Assembly: GCF_963921235.1 (NCBI RefSeq)
Contig: NC_086124.1
Span: 28,148,001 to 28,212,000 of the forward strand
DNA: 64,000 nucleotides
Direction of reading: 5' to 3'
Source of the DNA: Mobula hypostoma
Taxonomy: Eukaryota
This document shows, in pieces, positions 22,101 through 35,509 of the stretch. The first letter of the stretch is position 1, and the number at the start of each line of letters is the position of its first letter. A program made the position numbers and the translations under genes. Below the pieces are notes generated by a model. The model saw only the letters and a program-made list of their open reading frames with translations, was not told the DNA's origin and did not search any database.

Positions 22101-24699
22101 CTGATGAACACAATTGAGAAGAAGGATAGTTGAAGAGTCGTCTCAAGGGTAGGGTGTGTTGCGAATGAATTGCATGAAACATGGTGATTTATATCTTCTG
22201 AGTTGCAGGTTCCATCTGACTATAAGTTACAATTTCAATCCATTTGCTCCCATGCTAGACAACACACTTGTTAGACCACACTTACGTTGACTGTGTGACT
22301 ATCAGAAATGGCTGAGAGTATTGGATACAACAAAGTTTACGGGAGCAGAAGCCACCCCAGCTGTAGTACTGTAGACCAGAGCTAGGCATGCCCCTAATGA
22401 ATAGTGGGGAGAAGCAAAGGGATCTTGGGGCTCACATCCATAGATCGCTCAATGTTTGGTAGGACAAGTTATCAGATCAGGTTTAATACCACTGGCATAT
22501 GTCATGTAAATTGTTGATTTGTTGTCTTGTGGCAATTATTGACATATAAAACTATGAATCACATTAAGAAGGACACATAGAATTAAATAAGTAGTGCAAA
22601 AAGAGAGGGAAAAATTCTGAGGTGGTGTTCATGGGTTCATTGTCCATTCAGAAATCTGATGGAAGAGGGGAAGATTCTGTCCCTGAAACATTGAATGTGC
22701 CTCCTCAGGCTCCCATACCTCCTCCTTGATGGTAGCAAAGAGAAGACATGTCCTAGGTGATGGATGCTACCTGCCTGAGGTATCGCCTTTTGAAGATGTC
22801 CTGGATGTTGAGGAGGCTAGTGCCCATGATGCAGCTGGCTGAGTTTACAACTTTCTACAGAGTTTTCTGATCCCGTGTCATGGCCCCTCCATAACAAACT
22901 GCGATGCAACCAGTTTGAATGCTCCCCATGGTACATCTATAGAAATCTGCATGTGTCCTTAGTGACATACCAATTTTCTTCCAACTCCCAATGAAATACA
23001 GCCGCCATTGAGACTTCTTTGTAAACTGCATCAATATGTTGAACCCAGATTAGAGCTTCAGAGATGTTAACACCCAAGAACTGGAAACCGCTCACCTTTC
23101 CACTGTTATGCTTTAAGAAAGGGTATGGTGTATTGGCCTTCAATTAGTCAGGGAATTTAATTCAAGGGTGAGGAGGTAATGTTGCAGCTCTGTTAAACGC
23201 TGGTTTGACCCCATTTGGAGTATTGTGTTCAGTTCTGGTCACCTCATAGGAAGGACATGGAGGCTTTAGAGAGGGTGCAGAGGTGATTTACCAAGATTCT
23301 GCCTGGAGTGGTGAGCATGTCTTATGAGAAATGACTGAGCGAGCTCAGGCGTTTCTCTTTGGAGCGAAGGAAGGCGAGAGATGACTTCATGGAGGTCTAC
23401 AAGACGATATCAAGTGGATGGTCACTAAATCTACTCTGTGTTTTTCACTTGCCTATTTCAATGCTTCAAGTCTTTTGCTTCATTCGATATGATTGGGACT
23501 GATACTCTGATTTCAACATATTCTTTCTCTTTACTTACTCATTTTGATAATTTCTACATCCAGAAATCTATCTTTCTTCTTAAAGGTAATGATAAAGATT
23601 AATTTGTCACACGTATATTGAAAGCAAACATGCAGAGTAATATGTCGTTTGCATTAACAACCAACACAACTTAAGGTCGCCACACATTCCGGCGCCAACG
23701 TAACGTTTATCGGAACAATATGAGCAACAAAACAACAGAACAGCAATAAATCAACAACAACAAAGCAGGCTCTATTCCTCCCGACCACACACACACAGAT
23801 GGTCCTCCAACCCCAGGACAGTCCGCCTTTGAGCATCCAACCTCCGATGATCTTGGAGATATCAACCTCCAGACTTCCGTTTGACCTTCAGGCTTCGATA
23901 TTTGATATTGATCCCAGGACCTGCCAGTGAAAGGACCTTGAACTCCAGACTTGCCAACTCATGCACCAAAGGGATCACCTGTCCTCATGCCTCCTGCTCA
24001 CGTGAATCCACAGACCCGGGCAGATTCAGAGGGTCAGTGCATATTGGCCCATCTTGAAGGTAACCCTCTTCATATAAGCTGGAACAGGTGGTTGGCTTTG
24101 AAGGTCTGTGAAACTCAGGAAAAAAATACTGCAGATACTTGATTGGAATTGTCCACGATTTCCAGCATTTCTGTGTTATTTCACTTGCACCTCAAGTCTT
24201 TTGCCTCATTCATTACGATAATGTCTAATCCCATCAAAACGAGATGCTTTTGTTCTTTCCTCACACTCTTCGATGACTTCTACTTGCAGAAATCTATCTG
24301 TCTTCTTAAAGATTAAGGTGAAGATTGGCTTTAGTTGTCACATCTACCTTGACACATACAGTGAAATGCGTTGTTTGCATCGATCAATCAGTGAAGATTG
24401 TGCCAAGGGCAGGCTGCAAGTGTCGCCATGCTTCTGGCACCAGGATAGCCTGCCCACAGCTTGCTAACACTAACTGTACGTGGGAGGAAACGGGAGCTCC
24501 TGAAGGAAACACACACCGTCATGGGGAGAAAGTACAAACTCCTTACAGACAGCAGCAGGAATTGAACACCGATTGGTGATTGCTGCCGCTTTAATGGCAT
24601 TTTGCTAACCGCTACGCTACAATGCTGCAAAATCCTAATGATGTGCCAGACTGGCTGATTTTCTAGGCTGTTGGATGTTGTCTTTTAACGCCCCTGCCT

Positions 24700-27600
24700 A
24701 CTCAATTTTATTTTTAACGTATGAGTGATAATGAAATAATTATTTCCGTGAATAAAGTGAGCCCTGATGAGTTTAAATGAGAATAATTCATTTAAGGAGG
24801 TGTCACAGATAGATAGGGCTGTGAATGTGATTCAGAAATCAGCACAGGAAAGCAAGAGTAACACTGGCGATCATGCAAAGAGTTTAAAGCCGATTCAAAA
24901 GCTGCAGGACCAACTTTCTGCACAACAAGGAATAATATGTGCTTTTGCCTCTGAACAAGGGTAGGAAGGTGAATATGGAGATATTGATTGGCACGATTTA
25001 GCAGATGAAGCTACTAGATATGGCTACGATAACTACTAAGCACCACTTCCCGAGGAACTCCCACCAGCTCCCTGCCCGCGGGAGCTGGTGCTACTGTCTG
25101 CATGATTGGCATCCATAGTTACTATCGGAGAGGGGGGAGCAAGGGGAGAGAATCAAAATCAGAATATAACATACACCACACTTTTTGGGCATTTTAGAGA
25201 TTTTGCTAAGAATATCGGGACATTTGTGCTCAGAAACGATCCTTGAAACCCTTTCCAAGCAACTAGTCATCAGAGTGCTATCCATGGCCTAGATAATTCT
25301 GAGGAAAGGAAATTGATTCTAATGTGTTTACATCCATAAACTCTTTTCTTCCAGCTATAAAATGGCATGGTGAGGGAACAAATGAGGAACTGAAGAACAC
25401 AATTTTCACTGTAAAGGCCAATTTATACTTCTGCGTCGAATCTACGCCGTGGGTGCATCATAGCCGCGTACCCTACTTATGGGGGAGCACCTGGTAGACG
25501 GGCTAGACAAATGTTACCAGAGGAGCGGTGAATATCCCACTGCATTTGCATCCCGTTTGTGGACGGTGTTCCCAGCGGTGTATGGAACAGCATTTAGGAC
25601 CAGAGGCCTTAAATAGATGGTTGAGAACACCGGTGTCTCACAGTACTGATGTATCTAAAAAGGCACTGGAAATGTTTGATCCTTCCAAACCAAACATACT
25701 GGGGCATGGGCACTGAGGAAAATGAGTAGAGCATGGGAAAGGAAGATACGCAGACCAGCTAAACTCTCTGATGGGAAAGTGATGCCTATTAAAAGTCAGG
25801 CAACTATTGGAATTACAGGTAGTGGGTTAGGTTATGCATCAGGGTCAACACCCTTGATTTAACAGAATTAGAAAACCAGATACAGCACAAAACAAGGGAT
25901 ATTACTGGAGAAAATTATCAAGATCAGGTATAAACTAATCAGATTGGTCGAGGTGCCTCCCAGGTAACTCTGGTTGTGGTTAAATTTCAATACATCTGAT
26001 TATTGACCATATAGACCTCATGTCTAAGGAAATGAATAAAACTGAGATCCGTGCTACATTTGCTAGTTGATTGCTTATCATGATTGGCACTAATTTATCG
26101 CAACTTTATGCACATCAAGTACCTGATTGGGTCTCAGATGATTAGCTAAAAGAATGGGTCAGAGAAAGGGCGCCATTGTCTCATATACGGAGTCTTACAA
26201 TACCCAACAGAGTACTGGGTACCTGTGATGATGGTAAAGGAAGGTTTTATGTCGGAGTAGTATTCCACATTCTCTGACAGGGAAATAATTCACCCTACCC
26301 TTTGAAAAGGGTTCACAGTATTCGTAAATATCATGAGAATAGAAGATATCCTCAACTAACCCACCAAGACATGCTATTACTATGAACAGAACTGGGAAAG
26401 GGATAGATTATCAAGATGCCATCAGGGCCACCGGTCTTGTTCAAAAGAAATTACAAAGCAGAAGCTTACAAACTGTGGTTTCAGTACTTATGAAAATTGT
26501 TCATTGTCTATTTTGCCTGTGAATAATCAGTCTATTTACAATATGACTGGTGGGACAGACATATTATAGAGGAACAGGGGCCACAAGTTATACCAAGGTA
26601 TGGAAACAATGCCCTTTGGAAAGTCACAATTTCGCCATAGGGAATGTGTGTTTAGATCAGGCCATTGGAGAATGAACTTTGCCTCACCCAGCAGGAGACA
26701 CAGTAAAGAAGGAGAATTTCAAGATCCAACGCTCTGATACAAATGAATATCCGTGGGATTTAAGTTGTTAGTGAACTGCCACCTATTCCTCACTTGACTG
26801 CAGACTGGACTCATGTTGTGGAGGAGGCAAGGTAGATAATCCATCAATGGACTGAGCTCACTAAAGTAATTAAAACACATGCTGGTAAGGCATGTGAAAT
26901 ATTGAGTGACCCAGGCTTTTAGTGTAAGTTTTGCAATTGGGGAACAAATGTTCAAGTACATCTGTGAGTGAGGGTAGTATCACATGGTGCTGTAATACCA
27001 ATTTTATGTACCTTGATAATTGTATTGCTCAATGTATATCAACTGAGAAGATGGAAGGCTGAAATAATGTAACAAAGTCGAAAAAATAGAGGATAATACT
27101 TTCATGAAACAGCACAAATGATTGTCAGTATAAACTGGGTGAATTTAGTAAGTAACTGCTAATATTATTTATAGAATGTAAGTATTGCACACCTATTGGA
27201 GTTCCACGGCAGTCCTATGGGCAGTCAACTGAATGAGAGGAGGATGATGATTCTGAGAAATATTTCTGGATCAAGAGGAGGGAGATGTTGGCCAGAAGAA
27301 ACTACAATCTGCAATTAGTGGATTTGATGAATCAAGGACAGGGGAAGCAGGCAGTCTTTGGTTCTCTCAATTTTGTAGACTTTGAACTGATTCTTCCTCC
27401 GGGATACCCTAATTAGAACAATTGAAAGTGGGCACAAGCAGCTTCGGGTGATGACCTGCTAAACCTGAGACCATTCTCAGACGAGTAGCTACTTATTATG
27501 TAAAATGCCAGACCTACCAAAGAAGCAACCTGTAATCTCATTAGAGTCTATCTGGGTCACCTCGTTAAACTGGTTTGGACCAGTCAATGTTGAAAGACAC

Positions 27601-28080
27601 ATACACACAAGGCTGAGGTGGGCAGAACCATGAAACAATGTTGGTTGTAGCCCTGGACTAGAACCAGTAAGAAAGAGACACAGGTAGGTCAGGTGAGCTT
27701 GAGTGAATGGGATGGAGATCCACCAGTTCAATTGATGCGGAACACTATAAGAGCCAGGAGCTCTAAATATGTCGGGGCAATAACTCTGCAGCTACCAGAC
27801 ACCAACCATCACGGATAAGGAGAATCCCACGGACACGTGGAAATCGGAACCACGAAGAACACCTCGGCAGTGTAGCCACCTTTCCCTGGGTAATATCTTT
27901 TCTTTTCATTTACTGTTCATGGGGTGGGGGGCATCAGGAATTCTAGTGGGGTCCACACAGGTAGTTAGTTTCTGAACCCCTGTGCTTTTATGATGAGACA
28001 ATAAAAGTTACTTGTCAGTAATTACAGATACTCTGTGCCTCACTGATCTATATTACAAGGGGTGATTCTTGTAATATGTT
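24700..28080 (+). mobile_element. Endogenous retrovirus remnant: gag-like + env + PPT + 3' LTR (pol absent)
   Basis: Gag-like coiled coil and DIDWHDLADEA...PEELPP (24.8-25.1 kb). Env-like RKIRR, IGITGSGLGYA and VNTLDLTELENQ, a Cys-rich block at 26.4-26.55 kb and TM GAVIPILCTLIIVLLNVY-RRWK near 26985-27070. PPT AAGAGGAGGGAGA (27273-27285), then TG-starting LTR 27286 to about 28080 with AATAAA at 28000. Confidence 0.75.
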
Positions 28081-29549
28081 CATGGTTAAAAAGGGTGTCA
28101 AAGGTTATGGGACAAGGATGGAGAATTGGGTAGAGAAGGAAAATAGAAGAGCCACTACTAAATGGCAAAATAGAATCGATGGGCTGAAAAACCTAACACT
28201 GCTCTTATGTCTTATGGTCTCTTTTGGCATGTGGTAGTTGCCAGAAGAGACCATAAAACACAGGAGTAGTGTTAGGCCTTTCGACCCATCATTATGTTCT
28301 GGCTTTCCATCATCACATTTTCCCTCTCTGCTCGATTCTCTAGTCTTGCCCTGTAACCTTTGACATTCTTACGAACCAAGAATCTATCAACCTCCACTTT
28401 AAAGACATCCCTTCTCTCGATCTCCACAGCTGACTTTGACAAATTCAGGAAACTGGGACAAGCTGAGAGGGCGCCATGGTTTGCATGGATTGGCTGGGCC
28501 AAAAGGCCTGTATCCATGCTGGATTGCTCTTTGACTCTTCAAGACTCTATGAGACGAGTTAGAAGCTGTCCAGGACAGTAGTAACAGAAAAGCATGGGGA
28601 AGAAACATGGAAGGACAGGGAAGGGGACAGTAACACAGAGAAAGACAGACAAAGAGAGATACAGAGAGGGAGGGAGATGAAGGGTGAAAGAGAGAGAGGG
28701 AGAGAGACAGAAGGAGGGAGACAAGGGAAGGAGAAGAGGCAGATCGAGGGTAGGAGGAGACGGGAGAAGCAGAGATAAAAGGTTCAGGGAAACAGAGTGG
28801 GGGTGATGGGGGAGATGGTGCAGGGGGAAGACAGAAAAAGAGCGGCCGAGAGACTAAGACCAATTTCAAACCCTAACCCCCATTATTAACCCTACGCCCC
28901 CAGTCGCTGATCTAGTCCTAACTTTTACCTCATCTTCAGTCGTCATGTTACTCCTTACATATTATAAATTTCTGGTAACGTTCAGGATTTAGTTTAGAGG
29001 CTTAGAGTTAGTTCCAGTGCATCTTTTCTTCGATAAGGGGCCCAGAAGTTCCCACAATACTTTCACCAATGCCTTAAAAAGCCTCAGCATGACATTGTTG
29101 CTTTTATATTCTAGTCCTCGTGAAATGAGAGTCTCCCTCACTGTATCTCCCCCACCTCCTGACATTTCTACTCAAGCCACTGACTTCCCTCCAGTGGGGA
29201 ATGGGAGGTCTCAGCTCACTCCCACTGACTGAATTCTGCCACTCACCTAAGCCTTTGTTTGGTTCCTCTGGTAGAAGAAACCACCGTGTGAATATTGAAT
29301 GCTGTGGACTAGACTGGAAAAAATGGAAGTGAATTACTTTCTTGCCCTGTAAGGTGCATTCAGGTCCCACGATGGTGCGACGGGAAGAGGTCAGAGTATT
29401 GTGAGCGGTTTTGGGCCCGTTACCTGAGAACAGATTTGCTGGCATTGGAGGGAGTCCAAGGGACGTTCATGAGACTGATTGCTGGAATGAAAGAGTTAAC
29501 TTATGATGAGCGTTTGATTTTTCTGGGCCTGTACATATCCGAGTTCAAA

Positions 29550-31152
29550 AAACATATACGAGTTCAGAAAATATATACAACATTTCAAGGGGAAAATAAT
29601 GCCATGCCCGATTGTCTCTCACGGCGAGCCACTGAGGCCATACACAGCGGGGTTGATCATGCCTGCGTGTGACCAAGTTACTGACCAGGCTTACTGAACA
29701 GCAGTCATGGACCTGCGGTGGCTGACATTAAGTCCGGGAAGGGTGGGGTTTCTCTCCTGTGTGATGTCTTAACCAGTCGCCCTCGCTCCATTGTGTCCAC
29801 AAACTGAACACGGACTGATTTTGACTCCATACATGGCCTCTCGCATCCGGACCGGAAGGCCTCCTATAAATTGGTTGCACTACAGTTTGTTTGGCACCAC
29901 CTCATAAAAGACGTGTATGATAGGACCGCAGTTCGTGTGGAGTGCCAGCGGGAAAAATTAACCATCATGCTTAGGCGCGATTGACACCTTCTGAGGTCCC
30001 TGAGCGACGGTGTGACCATGTCAATGAGGGCTTTACTGGTCATCTACTCCCTCCTGCGGGTTCACGCACCTTCTTACCATGGTGGACCACCAGGTGGCCA
30101 GAGGTCGTCCCTCTAGAATCGACAATGGCCGCGGACGTGTCCCGGACATTAATCAGCACCTAGGTTGCTTGGTTTGGCACCCCATCTGATATCTCCTTTG
30201 ATCGCCATCCCCATTTAATTTCAGGGCTCAGAGCTGCGATGGCCCAAAACATCGGCTTTAGGATACACCATACCACGGCGTATCACCATCAATTCAATGG
30301 CCGTTGTGAGTGTGTTCACCGTCCTTAAAGGGTGCTCTAAGGGTTTCCCTGGCCGATGATTGTTGGCATGATCGATTTTCATGGGTCCTCCTGGGACTCA
30401 GATCTGCTCCAAAGGAGAACCCGCAGTCGTCTGCGGCTGAGCTGGTATACGGCCAGACGTTAAGTGTGCCAGGTGATTTCATTCCTCACGGCATGACCCT
30501 CTGGAAGCCTCTCAACAGTAAATTCAATTCCTTTTCACCTAGTCCTAACTCCTATCAAGGCATACAACACTCTTGGGTACCTGTTGACCTGCATTCCCCT
30601 TCGTTTGTTTTCGTCCGTCATGACGCACACCAACATCCCCTTAGGCCCCTTACAAAGGCTTCTTCCACGTTTTGGAGCCGGAAGAATATACTTTTATCAT
30701 AGATAAGAGAGGTAAACCTGAACGTTTTCCGACTTAAACCGGCCCAGCAGGATTTGTAATATTCCCCAAGCATCGCAATATTACCATGAGCGTGTCAACA
30801 CACCTCTGGACAAGCCAGATGCACCTGCTGTTCCTCCACCCATGGAACGCAGGACCCGAGCCGGGCGGTTCGTCTGACCTCCAGACAGGTTTACAATGCC
30901 GGTTTTAGCGAATACTGGGGGACTGGAGGTGATGGTGGTTGCGGGGAGGGGTTTCTGTGCAGGGTAATGTGATTGGGAGGAATGTACCCAGTGAGTTGAG
31001 GTTTCACTTTAAGAGGCTGGCCTGACGTGATGACGCTGTTAAGTAACAGGGTTTGAGCGCGGTTTTGTTGTGTAGGTCTCGGAGTTCAAACAATGTTACG
31101 GGTTTCGTTGCATCTAAAACGCCTCACTTTGTTGTATTTGCAGAAACCTACA
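29550..31152 (+). mobile_element. Gypsy/Ty3 remnant: RNaseH end, integrase, PPT, 3' LTR
   Basis: GENNAMPDCLSR, HGLSHP...VECQREKINHH (HHCC), RWPEVVPL, WVLLGLRSAPKE...SAAELVYGQTL. Purine tract, then TG...CA LTR 30956-31152. Confidence 0.85.
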
Positions 31153-34100
31153 AGGGAAAGGCGGTATAGGTTAGGACTTTAGTCTGTGCAGTGCAGGAGC
31201 ATGAGGGGAAATTTGATAGAATTATAAATTATAAGTGGCATGGTTAAGGTAAATACAAGCCTTTCCTCATTGAGGTTGAGTGACTTAAACTAGAGGTCAT
31301 GGGTCATGGGTTAGGGGTGAAAGGTGAAATGTTTAAGGGGAATTTCTTCACTCAGAGACTGGTGCCAGTGTGGAACGAATAGACAGCGGAAATGGTGGAT
31401 GTAGGTTTCAATTCAAGATTTAACAGCGTTTAATTCAATATTTGCATTGGGTACATTTACTATAAACGTAGAATTTTCAATCCTCCGTGATATCAGGATA
31501 TCACTGCCAGTTCCTCTGCTGATGAAAAACCTGGATGTGATGTTTCCTGTAGTGGGTGAGTCTAGGGGCGAAGGGTATAGCTTCAGAATACAGGGATGTC
31601 CCTGTAGAACAGAGATGGCGATGAATTTCTTTAGCCAGCTGTTGGTGAATCTGTGAAATTCATTGCCACCTGGGTTAACATAATAAGCAGGCAAGTTTAG
31701 ATTGCAAATAGAGTGCAGACGGCCCAGGCATAAAAAAAGGTATTTGAAGAAAATTTCCCTTTGAAAACCAGGAGTCTGGAGGTGTGATCAGTGATCCAAG
31801 ACACACACCAACTAAGGAACAAATGTTTACGAGCTTGAAAGTATCATCTATTGCTAGATTGTAGTTTCTAATGACTTTTATCACCTATATTGTTAATAGC
31901 AATTGTTCTTGCACATAGGGGTGGTTCAAACATACATAGTTTATCGAATGGTCAATATCCGTAACAGTGAGTCAATTCTGTATAAAAACGTGAGAGAGAG
32001 AGAGAGTACATTGTCTCAATCCCAACCCCTGTACTTGACACAAACCATAATCTTAAATATGCTGAATCCATTCCTAATTAACCTTAATTCCTAAATATCA
32101 ATTGCTCATAAACACAAGTCTCAACCCACAACTGTCACACCAATCCCTAAGCACTAACCTTGTTCTCCATTAAAGCCTGACTTGTAAAACTAACCATAAT
32201 CCCTAACACTAAACAGTTCCTGACCTGTGGAAATAATTCATGTCTAACTCTAAATCATTACTCATACCTCAGTTTAACAGTAACCCACATCACTAACCCT
32301 AAGCCTTTGTTCCCTGATCCAGAAGCTCAATTCCTGACCCTGATCCGGACCCTTATCTTACCTGTGGTCCAGTCGTCATGTTACTCCTTACATCTATTAT
32401 AAATTTGGGGTATTAGTTTAGGGATTAGGATTAATGTTATAACTTTAGGGTATAGTTCAGGATTTAGTTTAGTGTTTGGGGCTGGTATTGCAAATTTGAG
32501 GTATATTTGAAGATTTAGTTTCAGGATTGGGGTTAGTGTTATAAATTTGGGGTATAGTTCAGAATTTCGTCGTTAGGTCACATCTGGAATTTCTAGTTGG
32601 CGAATGATTTCCCTCTACGCCGCTCTGACAGATTGGGAAATCATGTTCGTGGCAGGTTACTGCGATGGTTTGCCTTTGTCTTCTGCCGGATGAGATTAAA
32701 GAGATCACCACCTCTTGCAGTGGCTGACCAGGACGTCTAAGTGCCTTGTCGTGCTCTTCGCCCTCCACCATGCCTGCTGGCCTGCTTTCTTGACCGTTGG
32801 ACTATTAATTGGTCTCTTCCGCTCAATCCGCCATGGCCAGACTTCGCACGCTGGGACAGGCAGATCACCTACCTCACCGAGGGTCGAAGACCCGTCGGCT
32901 ACCCTCACCTGGTTTGGCCCGTCTGCCGAGATGGTTTACCTGGATGCGGCCGCTGCGCGTGTTACAGCTACTTGGAGCTACAGGTGAGAGCTGAGCGCCA
33001 GGTGGGGACCAAAGGTGGAAGAGCTGTCCTAAAAAGGGCACGGCAGCCCCCCCCCCCACCAGGGCTGCTACCCCTCCCTAGACACCACATACACCCCAGT
33101 TCAGTATTTAGTTTAGGGATTGGGGTTTATGTTATATAGTTGGGATGCAGTTCAGGATTTATGATTCCAACACATCCTTTCTTCGATAAATGGCCCAAAA
33201 GTCCGCATTACCCCTTTATTTTATGTTCTAGTTCTCTAGAAATGAGAGCGTCCGTCACCGGTCATCCCTCTCTCGTTTCTACTCAAGCCACTGACTTCCC
33301 TTCAGCAGACTGGGGGCTGCCCCAGTGACAGGAATGGGCACCGCGAGGTCTCTGGTCACTCCCGCCAACTGAATGCAGCCACTGATCACAGTCTGCGTTT
33401 GGTTCATCCAGCGCAGAGGAGACCACAGAGTGAACACCGAATACAGTGGACTCGTTACTTCACCTGGGCTATATTTCAATAGGAGCTATATCACATCAGG
33501 ATCTGATTTCATCAGCGGCTATATTTCATCACAAGTTTGAGGACATTTGGTCTGTCACCGAAAACACTCGGAAACCTCTACAGATGCACCGTGGAGAGCT
33601 TTCTGACTGGCTGCACTACTGTCTGATATGGAGAAGGGGGCTACTGCACAGGATTGAAGTAGGCTGCAGAGGATTATAAAATTAGTCAGCTCCATCACGT
33701 GTACCAGCCTCTGTAGAATCCAAGGCATCTTCAAGGAGCGGTACCTCAAAAAGTGGCTTCCATCATCAAGGACCCCCACCACCCAGGACACGCCCTTTTC
33801 TCACTGTTACCGTCAGGAAGGAGATACAGGAGCCTGAAGGCACACACTCAGCGAATCAGGGGCAGCTTCTTCCCCTCTGCCATCCGATTTCTAAATGGAC
33901 ACTGAACCCATGAACACTACCTCAGCTCATTTTTGTATTGCATTGTACTGCTGCCTCAAAGTTATCAGAGTTCACGACATACGCCGGCGATATTAAACCT
34001 GATTTGATTCTGATTCTGGAAGGAGGGTTCAGGTCCCTGGATTGTGCAATGGAGAGAGTTTGGAGTATTGTCAACAGTTTCAGGCCCCCTTTCAAAGAAA

Positions 34101-35509
34101 GAATGTGCTGACATTAGAGAAGCCCCAGGAGAAGTTCACAAGAATGATAGCGAACCTCTTCAGGAATGATAGGGTTAATTAATGAGGAGCGTTTAATGGC
34201 TCTGGGCCCATATTCGCTGGAGATTAAAAGAATGAGAGGTGAATCTCATTGTAATTTACCGAATACTGAAAGGGCGTAGAGAGAGTGGACGTGGAAAGGA
34301 TTTTTCCTGTAGCGAGCGAGTCTAGGATCGTAGGGCACAGCTTCAGAATAGCAGGACGTCCCTTTGATGAGGAGGAATTTCCAGAGGGTGAGAATTGTGT
34401 GGAAATCATTGCCACTAGGTCTGTGGAGTCAAGTCATTGATGGATTTAGAGCGGATGCTGAGAGGTTCTTCATAAGTAAGGTCATCAAAGGTTATGGGGA
34501 GGAGTCCGGAGAACGGCGCCGAGAGGGTTACCATGGAATGGCGCAGCACACTCGATTGGAGAAATGACGGAATTCTGCTCCTCTGTCTCATGATCCCTTG
34601 GAGGATATTGTGTTTGAAAGGGAAAGGGAAACTGTTGGAAGAAGGACGGCGGGCGGTGGGACTGAACCAGGGAGTCACCAGTTGATTGTTCCCTATACAA
34701 CCCCCTCGTGACATTATGGTGGGAAGAGGGCAGATCGAACCGAGGGTGTCGCCGGAACTCGAAGGACTGAGCTATAGAGGGAGTTGCGCAGGTGGGGTCG
34801 TTCTTTCTTGCGGCGGAGGAGAATATGGGGTAACCTTGTAGAGGTGCATAAAAGCATTCATACGTTGTTTTACTATTGTCACATGTACCACGGTATAAAA
34901 CAAGCTCGTCTTGCATAGCATTTATGTAGATAAAATTATTACATGTTGCATTGAGGTACAACAAGGTAAAACAATAAAGGAATTCAGAACAAAATGCCAT
35001 AGCAACAGAGAATGCGCAGTGCAGGTAAGTGCAGATACGAAATAACGAGTTGGGGTTGACAGTTGTCTCTGGGAATGACGGCTAGTGACTAGTGGTGTGC
35101 CACAGGGTTGGTTATAAATGCAACAGGCCTCATCACCAAGGTGTGGATGACAAAATTATGTATTCTGGAAAGTCAAACAAATGCAGAACTTGTACAATGA
35201 GAGGGGACAACCTGCAAGAGATTTATTATCATTTTTACCATTGGAGTCTGCCCACACTCTCTGCCCATTTGGCTGTTTTGCCGACACGATATGCACCCTT
35301 GGATCACACACAAAATGCTGAAGGAACTCAGCAGGCCAGGCAGCACCTATGGATAAAAGGTACAGTTGATGTTTCGGGTCTCGGACCAAAACGTCGACTG
35401 CACTATTTTCCATTGATGCTGCTTGCCCTGCTGAGTTTCTTCAGCATTTTGTGTGTGTAGCTTGGATTTCCAGCATCTGCAAATTTTGATTGTACCATTG
35501 GATGTTTAG

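Noticed and set aside
31790-31850. Hydrophobic LVNICSLVGVCLGSLI on the minus strand
   Set aside because: Short, no splice context, followed by non-cytoplasmic-like sequence.
32090-32560. Telomere-fusion relic
   Set aside because: Repeats are highly degenerate and the order is CCCTAA then TTAGGG, opposite to an end-to-end fusion.
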